Below, piece after piece: positions 37,541 to 51,480 of a DNA stretch of 64,000 nucleotides (within the stretch, counting starts at the first letter, position 1; every line of letters starts with the position of its first letter). A model generated the notes under the pieces. That model was not told where the DNA came from and ran no database searches. It saw only the letters and a program-made list of their open reading frames with translations. Both the position numbers and the translations under genes were made by a program. Location: positions 27,466,001-27,530,000 of the forward strand of contig OZ287754.1 of NCBI GenBank assembly GCA_965649765.1, in the 5' to 3' direction. Origin of the DNA: Bispira polyomma. Its lineage: Eukaryota.

Positions 37541-39519
37541 GTATGCTTGAATATATCCAAAATTTAATGGAAGACAGCCATGATTTTTCATGAAATGCAG
37601 CCAAAGGCAGTCCTGCCATCTTGCTGTGCAAGATGGAGGAGGGTAAGGTATACTAGCATGAAACCCACAAGTTCGGGCATGCCCAGAAAGTATCACTTAC
37701 TAACCATGGGTCGTACTAGCGCTAGCACTGCCTTCTCTTTATTGTCTTTAAGTAGCACTGTTCGCGTGTTTCGCCTTTTATGTCTTTTTCTGAAGCCAAC
37801 TACTTCACTGTCCCCAGCTGTGTCTAACAGGGCCTGGGTCCCTTCATCATGAGTCCCCTGTGACACCTCCGGTGTTTCTGCAATTGCCACATCTGCCATG
37901 TTAAACTCCCGACTCTACTCCTCATCTACTGACTCCATGCTCCTCTTTATGTGCCATTATAATTTCTAAGTTTAACTCACAAAAAACTTTCTCACTAATA
38001 ATACAATTCTATAATATCTTTTGGCAGTTGAAGTGTACTCTGGAGATACTGTAGCTGAATGAAAAAATAATACTGGCTCGCCCACTTTTTATATATTCCT
38101 CTCCCCTCCCCAAATTTACTCGTTAGCCAATCTGATTCTGAGCCTGAGCTATCTTTTGACACCCGCCATATTTTTTATTCCCCCCGACCTTTGTTTTGTT
38201 TCCCCGAGTTATCTTTTCACTCGGGCGGCTCCAACAACCTATCTTCTGTTGGCCCCAATTTTCAAACAGGACTTCCATAACAACCTATCTTTTGTTTGCC
38301 TAGTTATCTTTTCAATAATGGCCCTCATCACGACTTATTTTTTGCCCTATCGTAAGAGCTGGAAAGATAAGTCGGAATGTAGAGTGGTGAATTTTCAAAC
38401 GATTTTGGTCCTGGGAGGGGCAGACTAAAAAGATAAGTCCTTGGATGGTATCGATAAATCAGTGGTAGATTAAGATTGACCCCGAGTGACCATGACTGGA
38501 GAGTTGAAATAATAAATAATGACATGCATTTTAACTTTGTGCGGATTTATACATTTGAGGTGTCATTTTAATATAGGAATGAAAAATACAAACGAGTGTT
38601 TTATGCGCATTTTAAATGATCAAGGTTAGTGTAATGCACGAAGCCAGAAAGGCTGAGTGTATTAATTCAACCCCAGAGAGTCTTTTATATTCCTTTTTGA
38701 TATACATGTGCAATAAGGCAACCTATTTAAAAGTGTAAATCATTCAAAATAATATTCTCGTTTTCTTAAGTTATATAGCACATATAATATCTTCATATAT
38801 GCTGGATGAATACTCATATTATGTCACCCTAGAAAGCTTTCTCTCTCATAATTATGTACAAATATGGCATTCCTAAATAGATTTTAAATTGTGTGAATGC
38901 AAGAATCATTCTATGGGTGTTTTTATAGTGTTATAGCAAAGTATTAAAGTTTTAAATATAACAATTGTTAAATACCTTACTAAAGTAACATTTCAAAGTC
39001 ATCATAGTTGTTATACAGATTAGAAATGACTTTTGTAAGTAGCATGCTTTATCGACAGCACATTTATGTGTTTACGTCACTAGCCCCTGTAAGTGCTTCA
39101 AGATTAACAATTTGCTTTCAGCCTAGGAAACCTCAACTACAGCTCACTACAGATTGTTCATTTTGATCAAGAAGTTAACACTTATCATTGATAGATTTTT
39201 GTGATTAACACTGCAGCTTTCACAATCACATGTTTTGCGTGGTGTCACTGAAACACAATAACAATGTGTTTTATTACATGCATTTTATAATGAGGGCACG
39301 TTTGTAAATAGAATTAAATAGAACAAGGTTTCAAAAATAACTTAAGGTATTTGACCAGAATAGGTGTATGTGGTGAGACGGTGGTACTTCATTGGTTTAG
39401 TGTGCACTGGGGGAAGATCGTTACGGGAAAAATACCTTAAAATTTTGTAAAAGATCGTCCGTTTGGCTACATCTCTACATTCTTTTATTACCATTTATGA
39501 TTTTTCTAACCCTTTTACA

Positions 39520-39860
39520 TTGATTTTGTCATATTTTGATGTTCAATATTGTAAATTTAGTCTAATATTATATATACCATATTATCGTCCACTCCATTTG
39601 GCGGGAGTGGGCTGTACCCCATTTAGCTAAATAGTATAGTGATCTCTGCATTTATTTATTTTTTCTATTACCCCTGTTACTTTGATTTTGTCATATTTTG
39701 ATGTTCTATATTGTAAATTTAGCCTGATCTTATATATACCCTTTTATCGTCCACTTCGTTTGGCAGGAGTGGGCTATACCCCATTTAGCCAAATAGTATC
39801 GTGGCCTCTGCATTAATTTATTTTTTTATTATCCCTGTTACTTTGATTTTGTCTTATTTT
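39520..39860. repeat. ~162-bp tandem repeat, ~2 copies, upstream of L2 ORF2
   Basis: ttgattttgtc at 39520, 39682 and 39843. Each unit contains a ccact..agtgg hairpin. Confidence 0.85.
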
Positions 39861-40227
39861 TATATAAATTCAGTTAAGATCTGCTCTGTGTCCGCATACT
39901 TGGCACTCAGTTTTGCCATATCTTTGTATCTATTTTTATTGTGTATCCTTTCCAATCACTTCACTTTCAAATTACTGTCATTTTTATGTTGCTACATGCT
40001 GGTGTGGTTGTACTTAGCTTAAAGATAGGCTATAGTGTGGGGTGCTAGGGTGCCCGTGCGACGCCCATGTGACGAAGAATTGTACGGTGAGTTATAGGGA
40101 CATATTTTTTGAGGCTCCCCACTGTTGAGTTCAGTTGAAGGGCTTCTTCTTTTCTACAACCTTGCTAGTCATGTTCTCCTTCGGGTTGTCCTTTTTTCGC
40201 CACTGTATTGCTCATAGGTATGAGTGA

Positions 40228-43200
40228 TTGCATCCCGGAGTAGCTCACATATCTGCTACCTCATTGGCTAAAGTTGCAAAAAAAAATTCATACTCTTGTT
40301 CATGTCGTAAATTTCCAACCACTGTTAATGGTAGAGGTCTTGTGTTGTTGCTCTTACTCGGCAGTGATGTGTCCCTTAACCATGGTCCTGTCATGCTCGG
40401 GGTGCTAAATGCTAGATCTGTGAGAAACAAAGGTCCATTTCTTGCTCATATTGTGACATTGCATGACCTCGACCTCCTCTGTGTTACTGAGACCCATGTC
40501 CGTCTATATGATACAGATAGCTTTCTACGGTCTGTTACTCCTCCTGATTTTGTGTTTTCTCAAATGCTTTATCCCTCAAGTATTGGTGACGGTGTTGGAT
40601 TCTTCGTCAGATCCTCCTTCAAACCACATCAAATAGAATCTCCTGTCTATCAGTCCTTTGAAAACATGATGGTGTCAATTGGCCTTCATAGCCGCTCGCT
40701 GTTGCTTGCCTGCGTCTATCGCCCCTCCCCAAGATCAAGTACTTGTAATTTATTAGAAGAATTCATGTGTTTTGTTTCCTGTCATACATTAACAGTTTGT
40801 ATCATATATGTGGTGACTTTAACATCCATGTTGATGCACCATTTGGTGACAGCCATAAATTTATGATCTTCCTTGATTTGTGTGAACTAAAACAGTCAGT
40901 TAGACAACCTATCCATCTGCATGGTCACATTCTGGACCTCATTTTATCTCCTTGTCATCAGGATACTATTGTAGATGTCAAAGTCTGCAATTTTATATCG
41001 GATCATGCATTAGTCAAATGCTCAATTGCTTCTCCCTGACAGGTGGCTCATATTCCTAATACAGTGCATTATAGGAGGTACCACCGTATAAACATGTCTC
41101 ACCTCCACACTGATCTCAAGAATACTTCCTTCGTTAAGTCACCAGCCAATTCTGTAGCCAAACTTTATCAACAATACATACATGACCTGGGCGATGTACT
41201 AGATAAGCATGCACCACTTGTATCTAGAATGTCAAAGAAAGATTCTGTGCATTGGCTTTCTGATTCATACCAACGGGATAAGTCTCTCAGGTGCCAATAT
41301 GAAAGAACTTGGCGAAGGGCCAAGAATCCATTGAATAGAGGTAGACTTCATTGCAAGATTGCCTGGTGCAATGTATTTGTTAACGAGGATAAGTCAGAGT
41401 ATTATAGCAAATCTATCTCCGACAACAGTCACAACTCCAGCTATGGCACGAACTGCACAAGACCCTTAATATGGTTACCAATGTGGCACTCCTGTCCAAT
41501 GAATCTAATAAGTCACTAGCTGACAAGTTTGCTTGCTTTTTTTCAGACAAAATTAAGAGAATTAGAGATACTTTTGTTGTTTCTGGAACTAAAATTGATG
41601 TTTATCCTCTTTCTGATCCTCCTGAAATTACTGCCATTACCAGAGTCTCTGTAGATGATGTTTATAAAATAATTAGTAGCTCGTCTACAAAATCCTGCAT
41701 GTTGGATCCATGGCCAACATCTCTCATCAAAGAATGTTGTGATATATTACTCCCATCCATTACAAAGCTTGTAAACTGCTCACTTACTGAGGGAGAGGGC
41801 CACGGTGGCCTAGTGGTTAGCAAGCATTGCACTTCACAATCACTGGTCTCTCACCTCTGGGCGGCGTGAGTTCGAATCCCGTCGGTGCCTATGTGGGAAA
41901 GGTGGTAGTTCTTTACTGTGGGCCGCTGGTTTCAGTGCAGAACCTTGACCGGCTGTATGCAGTGTTTCCTCCAGCGTTTCCAACTACCCGTCCCAATATA
42001 ACCTACTAAAAGGTACTAGAGTGGACGTTAAATATCCCAATTCAAAATTCAAAATACTGAGGGACATGTACCTGATGGTTTTAAAACAGCTGTGGTTACT
42101 CCTCTTATTAAGAAGGCTTCTCTTCCAGTTGACGACCTTAAGAACTATTGTCCTGTATCTGGTCTTGGTTTCATATCAAAACTGGTTGAACGTGTGGTTG
42201 CTAAGCAACTGTTAGATCATATCCTGGTCCACGACTTAGACAACCCATACCAGTCTGCCTATAAAACAGATCATTCAACTGAGACAGCTCTTCTGTCCAT
42301 AAAAAATGAAGTTCACCTATCTTTGTCAAGAGGCGAACTTACTGCGCTGGTATTGCTTGACCTCTCTGCTGCCTCTTACACCATTGATCATTCCACTCTT
42401 CTCAGTTGTCTTCAGACTTGGTTTTGGCTCTGTTCTTAAATGGTTCACTTCCTACTTAACTGATCGTTATCAGTCGATAAAAGTTGGCTCTACTTTGTCC
42501 GATCTTTGTAAACTCTTGTTTGGTGTTCCTCAAGGTTCAGTTTTGGGCCCTCTGTTGTTTTCATTGTACAATGCCCCTCTCAGATTGGTGATTGGCAAAT
42601 ACAAAGGTATTTAGTTCCATTTTTATGCAGATGATACCCAAAGTTATGTGCACCTATCCCATAAGAACACATCTACTGCCTTTGAACAGTTGAACAGGTG
42701 CCTTGACGATGTGAAAGAGTGGATGTCAACTGGTAAACTCAAACTTGATCCTGACAAGGCTGAGTTCATAATCTTTGGCTCAAAATGACAGAGGGAGAAG
42801 TTGAAAGCATGGTTTCCGGTTGACATCCTGCCCAGCTGATTCTGTAAAGAACCTGGGTGTATGGTTTGACTCTGACTTTTCCTTCTCTAAACACATCCAG
42901 AGTGTCTGCAAAAGTTGTTTTGTGCAACTCCATGATTTTGGACGTGTCCGGCGGTTTCTCACTTATGATGCTTCTATACTTGTGACCAATGCTTTTGTCA
43001 TTAGTAGACTGGATTACTGCAATTCACTTATCAGGAGTCTCTCAAAGTTTAATTTACGTAAATTACAATGCATTCAAAATAGTGCAGCTAGAATTGTGTC
43101 AAATACCAGTCGATACACCAGTATAACTCCTGTTCTTAGGAAATTGCATTGGCTCCCTGTTGAACAGCGTCCAGTGCTTAAAACAGCTACACTTGTATAT

Positions 43201-43613
43201 AAGTCTCTTCACACTGGGTTTCCAACTTATTTTGCCCCATATCTTTCCTGTTACAGTAGTTCCTATAATACCAGACGTAGTCAGAGTGCTAGTAATTTCC
43301 TTGTAGTTCCAAAGTACCACCCATCTACTCAAAAGTCAGTTAAATAGTTTGGTCACAGCTTTGCTTTTGATGCTCCCATTGTTTGGAATGCTCTTCCTGA
43401 GGTGATTCGTTCTTCCCCTTCACTAGCCTCTTTTAGAAAGCAGCTTAAAACCCACTTGTACACCAAAGCATACCCACCTTAGTCTCAATCATCCATATGG
43501 TGCTCGATTCTTTTCTGTCCTTGATATTGGAAATTGGATTATTGTCTTTGTGCTGTTGCGCCTTAGGGGAGATTAAAGGGAGATTAAGCGCTATAAAATC
43601 TAATTACAATTAC
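40228..43613 (+). mobile_element. L2-clade LINE ORF2 (APE + RT), frameshifted, with 3' UTR and (attaca)n tail
   Basis: LNARS, VTETH, CGDFNIH, GHILDLI, SDH, QSAYK..HSTETAL, LDLSAA, GVPQGSVLGPLLF, YADDTQ, SRLDYCNSL, LHWLPV. Confidence 0.93.
41795..42054 (+). mobile_element. Full-length tRNA-derived SINE with 10-bp TSD, inserted in L2 ORF2
   Basis: A box tggcctagtgg, B box gttcgaatcc, (aattca)n tail, TSD tactgaggga at 41785-41794 and 42055-42064. Removing it restores NCSLTEG|HVPDGFKTAVVTPLIKK. Confidence 0.95.
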
Positions 43614-45715
43614 CCGGTTAGGTTTTCTCACAACACCCCGTGGACATATTATGGTGCTTACCCTGCCCCGCACCACCTAGTACCCGCAGGAGTTCGACCC
43701 TGCCGTGGAAACTTACTGGTGGCCGGTTGGTACTCTACAACCCGATAGCCCCCTTGTCAGGGTCTTGCCATGGCCTATTTACTTAGGCCAAACAATCAAG
43801 TGTAGAACTTTATAGTCAAGTAAACTGCCACCAGTTTAAATTTGGGCTCAACCAACAATTATAAATATATGCCCTCATCACCTGATTTCCGTAGTAGTAA
43901 TACTAGTTTAGATGTTCAAGTAAATGTGGTAGTTTGATAACTGAACATCGCCTGTTCTTTACACCTGCCGAGATAAACTGTAGAGTAGGAAAACATGGGA
44001 AAGATGAGACTTTTACAGCTTGTAATACAGAGCATAATAAAATACGATAATTTAGGATAAAAACCTATATTATTGCTTTTAATAATGTGGAGAGAAAGCC
44101 AAGCCTGTGCTTGGTCTGCCCTGATACCACATACCTAGTCTTGAAGTGTGGTCTGAACCATATCCTAGAACTCTAAGGTTAGAATGTTATGGGGGCATAT
44201 TTACATATAGGTTACCAATCAATCTAATGATCTAGTGATTAAAATAATTGTCGTAAAATTATCATACAGACCAATATAAATAAACATTACATGTATGTAT
44301 AGATTAAAATATTACAATATACGTGTCTACAATATGTACAATAATGTCACAAAATATAGCCCTGTGGTACCCAGCCCTACTGTTACCATACACCTTACCT
44401 AACCCATCATAATCGCTAATGATACTAGCGGTAATAATTCCACCAGGAGTGGTGACATTGAGGACATTACAGGAAGCTGAATCATGGCTGAAGCTGAGAT
44501 GCAGTTTGCCAAAATTTACCTGACTGTCCCAACTCAGGAGTACCCACCGCTAACGCTGTATCCCACCCGTGGATTTTAGAAAGGGAGAGAAAAAGGAATA
44601 ACTCAATGAAATGAATGTTTAATTAATGAATGATGTATAACTTTTCAATGGGTGCAGTGTTCCCTCCTGGCTACCTTCCTCAGAACCCTCACAGAAACTG
44701 CTTGTGAACAGGGGCTACCCTGGGTGAACTACCCCAGCCCAAGGACCCCTATCCCCAGTAAACATGGTAACAAATCACATATTAAAACTGATCAAAATCC
44801 AATAACTAACTTTATTTATTGCTGAATGGCAGATAATGCATTGGCTGCAGCACATTGCCCCTTGGCATCAAACCATTTATCAATCCATTTAAAAGGGCTT
44901 TTAATTAAATTCTTTGACAAAAGGAGTAGTGTAGAATGAACAGATGCCCCAAACCCCTTTTGGTATTTGTCTGTTAAATGTTCCATCAAACAATGAAAAA
45001 TGGCACTAAAGGGTATCATTATACCAATTCACCTTTATTTGAAAAAAGTTATATAATTGGGTCATCATCATAGGTTTGAATTCCATAAAGCAGACCATTT
45101 GCCCAAAGTCCCATGCCATTTGTCCAGAGCAGTTAGTGGCTATTGGATTCTAATACTTTCTCAGTGCGAACCGTTTGACAACGTACTCGAATGACACAAA
45201 AAATTCTGAAAAAAATTTTCTGACAATATTATTTCCCTCTGAAAGTTTGAAGAAATGAAGACTTACGAAATAGATGCTACAGATGAGAAGAAGGTGGAAG
45301 TGCATTCTGTCGGTCCTTTAGGAAATGGCAAACAGTTTGTATTTCCGATCAAGAGAATCTGTCCGGAGTTACACAGTAACCAAGATGACAACATGACTTG
45401 TCCTAACTGCTGTCGGCCTAAGAGGAACAAGGGAGAAGAAAAGTACAAACCGTTGAAGAAGAGGCTGTTTGACTCGGAGAAAGATTAATTTCCTTTTGAC
45501 TGACAATAATTTTTTTAATTTTTTGTTGTTGTTTTTGTAAAACGGTCATATGTTTTTTATTTGTAAAGAGACTCTTGGTATATAAAATATAAGTATTAAT
45601 TCTTGCAATATCTATTAAAAAAAAGCTCTCGAGCTTTGTTCGTTTAAACCCTGTACTTAAAAGCGAATAAAATTGGTGTGAATAATCATTTTTTGTTTTG
45701 ACTTGAAAGCGTTCA

Positions 45716-46322
45716 CTTGGCTTTAGTAAAGTTTGAATCACCCTCTACTTGGATTATCTTAGGTATTACCGGTTGTATAAGTTGTTGCAGTGCAAGGACG
45801 AGATGTTTGACGAACCTCCTTATAAAATCATTTATTGCTTTTCCGTGGGGACAAAACAAAATGTAAAAAAATTTAAACATAGATTTTTTGCAAGGGATGC
45901 CAACACCCAAAAAGGTCAAGGAAATATTTGACGGTCGTCACCACTTGATCTGTCTAGATGATTTGCAACAGGAAGTAGCCAATAGTAAAGAGGCTGAGAA
46001 ATTATATACCCAACTCATTCACCACAATAACCTCAGTGCAATTTATCTAAATCAGAATTTATACTATCAAGGCAAATTTGCCCGTACACTCAACCTAAAC
46101 ACAGCTTACAGCATTCTATTAAAAAATCCTAGAAATACCAAACATATAGCTCTGTTGGGACGTCAGTTGGGAATGGGAAAAGTCTTAAAAGAGGCTTATC
46201 GGGATGCCACGAGTAAACCGTACGGCTACCTGATTGTTGACATATCGCCCAAAAGCGATAAAAGCTAAAAGTTAAGAACTAATATTTTTCCCCATGAAGA
46301 CCCGTCGCTAGTATATCAATAA
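45716..46322 (+). pseudogene. Polinton packaging ATPase (A32-like)
   Basis: Walker B LICLDDL, HHNNLSAIYLNQNLY, TLNLN, KNPRN, LGRQ, AY.DATSKPYGYL. The Walker A GKT is missing after PSTWIILGIT, apparently through a small deletion. Confidence 0.88.
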
Positions 46323-46363
46323 GTGTTCTAAGCTCCCTCCGTTAGTCTCAACTACTGGTAGCT

Positions 46364-46980
46364 ATGAAGAAACAAGTCTCATAATTTGAAAAGAGATAAA
46401 ACCTTTTTTACCTTGTTAGTAACTACGGAACTTAAACAAGTGAGAGCATTATTGGATACCATTACTGTTAAACAGATGGAGGCCATTATCAAAGTTGTAT
46501 ACAATTTGATGAACATTTCTACTTCTAAACAAGACAGGGCTTTTTTTTTCGTAAAAGCAGAACGTTCCTGAAACAACTAGTGAATAAGAAAGTCAAAATA
46601 TCCAAAAAGAAACATCTGCTATCTAGACACAGAGTAAAATTATTGAAGACGCTTTTACACTTCAAGCGAAAAATTTTAAGCGTGTTAAAATGAAAAAACT
46701 GGTTTTGATCCCTTTTGAGAGATACAAAAACTTGATTTCTAGAGAGCCCACAAGCCGAAGATTTTAATAATTCTAAAGTTGAAGAGATAACTACCGGTCT
46801 TGGGGAGCCTACAGCCGAGGAACGGACAAAGCAGGCACAAGAACCAATTCTTTTGAACAAAAATTCCACCACTGCCCGGGGAACCCGATCTATCAACTCA
46901 AACCTGTAGTGGACTCTCCCAAAAAAGAAAAAAGCCGAGGTTGAAAGATATATTGTGGAAGGAAAAGTGGAAGCCATGTT
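46364..46980 (+). pseudogene. Polinton small accessory ORFs between ATPase and integrase
   Basis: KQVRALLDTIT..AIIKVVYNL..KKVKISKKKHLL, then MKKLVLIPFERYKNL; position and motifs are typical of Polinton small ORFs. Confidence 0.55.
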
Positions 46981-46992
46981 AAAGGATTCGTA

Positions 46993-49900
46993 ATGTTAAC
47001 TCCTGACAAAGAAAGTTATTTGAAAGAAATATATTTCAATCCCAAGCAACCCACTTTGTTTGCCGGGGCAGATAAGCTGTATAACTTTGTAAAATCCCAA
47101 GGACAAGATTTTTCTAAAGGAGATATATTAAAATGGCCGAGCAAGCAAAGCGTATACACTATTCGGAAATTATTCGGAAAGAGCTATTTGAACCTTGAAA
47201 GGAAAAATTGGGAGATATATGGTCTATAACAAGTCGAGATCGACGCTCTCCAGGATATTACGGACAGTTACAATAACACACACCATAGAACAATTAAGAT
47301 GTCTCCAAAAGAAGCCCTCTTAACTGAAGACCCGATTCTCTGGGAAGCTCAGTATGAGAAACAAGAGGAAGTGACCTTGCGGTCACAAATCTCGGAGACA
47401 TGAATCTATTTTTTAAGCTGTCTGCCTAAGAATTGAATATATTATACACTGTATTATTATGCCATGTTGGTTCAATGGCCGCGTACCAGACGTTTGCTGT
47501 GGATTCCGAAAATAGTGACCCAGACACTAATTGGCGGTCAAAATGGATTCCGAAAACGATCTATACTGCTTGTGGTCATAATTCGGCCGCCTGTCATAAA
47601 TCGGCCATCATACAAAAAATGTCATAAATTAATTAATTTTTTTTGCCTAACAATATTGTAATTTCTTCAATATTAGTATTGTAATGGTTTTACTTGAATC
47701 TTATAGTCCATTTTGTACTAAGATTGTCAATAATTACCACTTAAAATGTGACGGCCAATTTAAAACTGGCAGCCGAATTATAACCAGAGGCAGTATGTAT
47801 AGTTGCTAGGAACTTCCGTTATCGCCCATTACATTGTATTATTATGCCATGTTGGTTTAATGGCGGCGTACTAGACGTTTGCTGTTGATTCCGAAAATAG
47901 TGACCCAGTCACTAATTGGCGGTCAAAATGGATTCCGAAAAATTCCGTTATCGCCCATTACTCAAATCTGTGGTAGCAATATATAAATAGAAACGAAACT
48001 TTGCGAAGCTCATTTTACATAAACCATTGAAAAGTGTGACTTCAAAATTCGATGCATTTCAATATGATTCATATTTTATTTCTAATTTTATTTGATGTTT
48101 TCGCCACCATAAAGTTGTGGTTATATATTGCTGGGAAATCCCGACCTACTGCGCACACACTTATGCATTTACTCATGCGTATTGAAGACGTCCCCAAATT
48201 TCAGCCAATCCCAACTCGCCTAAGATTAAATTAAGTCGGACACCATATTGGAGTATTCTTTACTACTATTTACAAACAGAGATCGACCAATAGAAATCGT
48301 TGTTACAGAATAAAGTTTCAGATGGGGCGAGTTCCTGATTGACGGATTAAAAAATCAATTAATATCATGTGAGAATCTGTTATTTACCACAAATATGGCG
48401 GTTTCGGAAGCAACTGAAATCTCGCAAACTAAAGAAATTTTGATGGAATAAAGCCACTATATGAGCAGGTAAGGTGAGATTCTGTCAAACTTTCAAATAA
48501 TAATAATGTTTTTATTAAATTAAGACAAGTTCTTGGCTTTTTGCTACTTCTCGCCCATCGTTTTAAAATATAGAATTTATCTTCTGTTTAAGGTTTTCCT
48601 TGTACACAAATAAAAGACTGTAGGGATGGCGTCGTCTAGCGGTCGAGACCAAAGTTAGAAAGTGTGCGTTCTCGTAAGCTAGAAGCAAAATTAAAAGAAA
48701 TAACTTTTCCCGTCAGTATGGGTGTATATATATCGTATATATCTATCCCAAACCCTAGTCTTTGTCACATATATATACCTATTGAAACCTACGAATCTGA
48801 CTGGCCCCATGGAAAATGGACATAACAAAATATGCGGTAATTGGGAGGTCAAAAGTTAAATCTTATTTTACAAATAAAATGAAAAATAGATATATTAATG
48901 CTTCTGACTCGTCCTTAGTACCAACCACATGTAACTGCAGAAAACTGAATTAAAATAATGGACAAAACTGGTAGAAAGTGCTGTCTACAGACGAAAAAAC
49001 TTCCATCTCCTACATGATCTTGGCGGGCTCCGCCCTCCGACATAACAACCGAAACAAATTAAAGAAAAAAACAAGAGGAGAATGGCCTGGCGGCCATATC
49101 ATGATAATGCCACCACATGACTACAAAGCAAGTTACTGACGAGTCTGGAAATAGTGAACCAGTCACTAGTGAGCGATCGAAATGGATTTCGAGAACCATC
49201 TACTGTGGGTACCCAGTTAGGTAAACCAAAGGCAAAATTCAAAGTAAAATCTGAAACATATGTATAAACAACCGAATTGCCTTAAAAAATGTTTTTATAA
49301 TTTATTTTTCACATAAGTTTGGTTTAAAACCTGATAAAAACAATTTTTTATATATTTTGGAAGCTTACAAAAGTTGGTTTGTTTACCAACCAAATTATCG
49401 GGTTTTTGACAGCTCTAGAAATGACCAAACCATAATTTATTTTCCAATTTTAACATTTTCATTTTTAGCTGTTATAGCTTGCAAAACATCCGAAATTAGT
49501 CCGAAGTTAGTGTACCACTAGTTACTATCCCTATAGACAAAAGAAAGTACTAGTCATCAGTACAGAAGCCACTATAGCACCCAAGTTTAATCCAATTACA
49601 GATTTTTTTTACTAAACTGTCACTGTTCTATGCACAAACATTTTACAGGTATTCATAGATTAACTATTTTAGTCACACTTTTAGTCATTTTATAGTCTTT
49701 ACAGCCACAACTACCCATTAACCAAAGTATGTATATATATGTTATATATCTTCCCAAACCTAATGTTTGTCATGTATATATATTTTCCTTTTGAAACCAT
49801 TTGAAATGGGTTGTGATGGAACCTTCAATCAAATCTGAGGACCCCAACATTTAAAACTTGAATAACTTCATCTATACTGCATATAATCACACCAAATTAA

Positions 49901-50290
49901 TTTTGGACAAACTAGAGACCAAAAAGTGTATATGTACGAAATTTAAGAGCACAATTCTTTACAGATTCAGAGATTACCCTGTGGACACGTTGTAACCATG
50001 CGTAACCAAGGTTCTTTCACTATTCCCTTTCTCCAGGAAAGCATGATTATGCCAATAAGCATTGGCATAATCATGCAACAAACCAAAATCGTCTAAACAT
50101 GAAAAATAAAAAAAAACCCTTTTGTTTGAAAGTAGGCGACGTAGTGAGGCTATCGAAATTACCAGGCAGTAACCATAAAAAACAGATAAAAAGTGGACAA
50201 ATGAATTGTTTACAATGGCATCGAGAAGTATCAATCAGGGTTTTCCTAAATACGAAGTCAAACACTTTAGCAACGAGCCTAAAAGAGATA
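46993..50290 (+). pseudogene. Polinton retroviral-like integrase: core deleted, split by ~2.7 kb of inserted repeats
   Basis: N-terminal LKEIYFNPKQP..FAGADKLY, then LQDITDSYNNTHHRTIKMSP (~47270), then C-terminal KVGDVVRLSK (~50130). Confidence 0.8.
47566..47793. mobile_element. Tc1/mariner-type MITE with TA target duplication
   Basis: TIR ctgcttgtggtcataattcggc / gccgaattataaccagaggcag with ta on both sides. It lies between 107-bp direct repeats at 47450-47556 and 47835-47941. Confidence 0.7.
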
Positions 50291-50309
50291 AATTTTCGGA
50301 CGTTCTGAT

Positions 50310-50960
50310 TTTTTGAACGTTCAGAATGCTTGGATCTATCAAGAAGCAGATTAAAAGTCAAATTGAGAATTCTTGAGAATGACAATACCCCCATCACCAA
50401 AGACAACAGTGTAGGACTGGTGAACCTAAGTCTAGCTTCAATATTTCAACAGGTAGACGTACAGTTGCAGGAAAAGCTAGTTAGTTCCGACATAGGCATA
50501 TGCTATCCATACAAGGCGATATTAGATGTTCTGCTCAAATACTGCTTTGATGTGAAAGAAGGACTACTACAAAGCGAACTGTATTACAAAGATATTGGTG
50601 ACATGGAAGCAACCCGTCCAGGTAACAATGATGGTTTACTAAATCAGACAGCATTCAGATCTATTCCAACAAGAGAGGCTTATCCTGAATGGGGTAAAAG
50701 TAGCCCTGAAATGTCATTCCTCTGCACTGATGACTCGTGACTCCGAGGATTATAAAATTTCAAAATGTTTTTAAAGCCTGTCACGTGAATGTCAGTGATG
50801 CGGTAATACTTGCTCAGAATGAACTTGTGAAGATATCTCCAGCACTCTATCCTTACTGGATCTTATCCTCTCTCAAAACAATATCGTTTCCTAGCAGTGT
50901 TTCTTCTGTGAACAGTGACATCTTTAATAGTCAAGTTCCTAGCAGAATATGCAGCAGGAT
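50310..50960 (+). pseudogene. Polinton major capsid protein (double jelly-roll) fragment
   Basis: LDLSRSRLKVKLRI..VGLVNLSLASIFQQVDVQL..YPYKAILDVLLKY..LQSELYYKD; later ALYPY and DIFNSQVPSRI. Confidence 0.82.
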
Positions 50961-51009
50961 ATTCTCTGTTTTGCTTTGTTGTTCAAGGCGAGGCAACGGT
51001 TTTTTTAAC

Positions 51010-51480
51010 TTAATGTCTGACTTTCAAAGCACTCACCCTTTCTCCCAATATATTTTGTCCAGGATAATTTTTACTTTTTAATAAAACAACCACGTCGTAA
51101 TCTTCTCCCCAACCTAAGTACCAGTCTTTAGAGGCATACGCAATTTCTTCAAACAGGAAACTGTCTAACAGTTCGTTAAATTCATTACATTTGACGTATT
51201 TATCTTCCAGCGCCTGTTGTAATAGTTCTGACAATTCTACGTACCACGACACTTTAATTTAAATGTTCTTTTGAAATTTGCGAATGTTAGCCACAGAAGT
51301 CTCTCTATGAATTAGTAAAGCATCGGCTTCGCCCTGGTGATATTTCACTTAGTTGTAAGCTAAAAAATGTTCTACAGATCCAAACTGTAACTTGTCGTAA
51401 AATAATGGATACAAATACGAATTGCAAATGGGATTCACGCTCTCATCTTTGAATATGTAACGGTTAAAGTCGGGCTGAAG
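51010..51480 (-). pseudogene. NADAR (YbiA-like) domain, in frame with the C-terminus of the Polinton pPolB
   Basis: F..NPICNSY..F.SVEHF..W....L..AL.DKY..F.ELL..IAYASKDWYLGWG..YPGQNILG, with two TAA stops. Confidence 0.78.

Noticed and set aside
41795-41890. tRNA gene
   Set aside because: The A/B boxes belong to a SINE with body, tail, TSD and other copies. The same applies to 54980-55073, and probably to the weak tRNA-like heads at 200-360 and 36392-36460.
43880-43910. Polinton terminus (gtagtagt)
   Set aside because: No matching inverted copy or 6-bp TSD found, so the boundary is left undefined.
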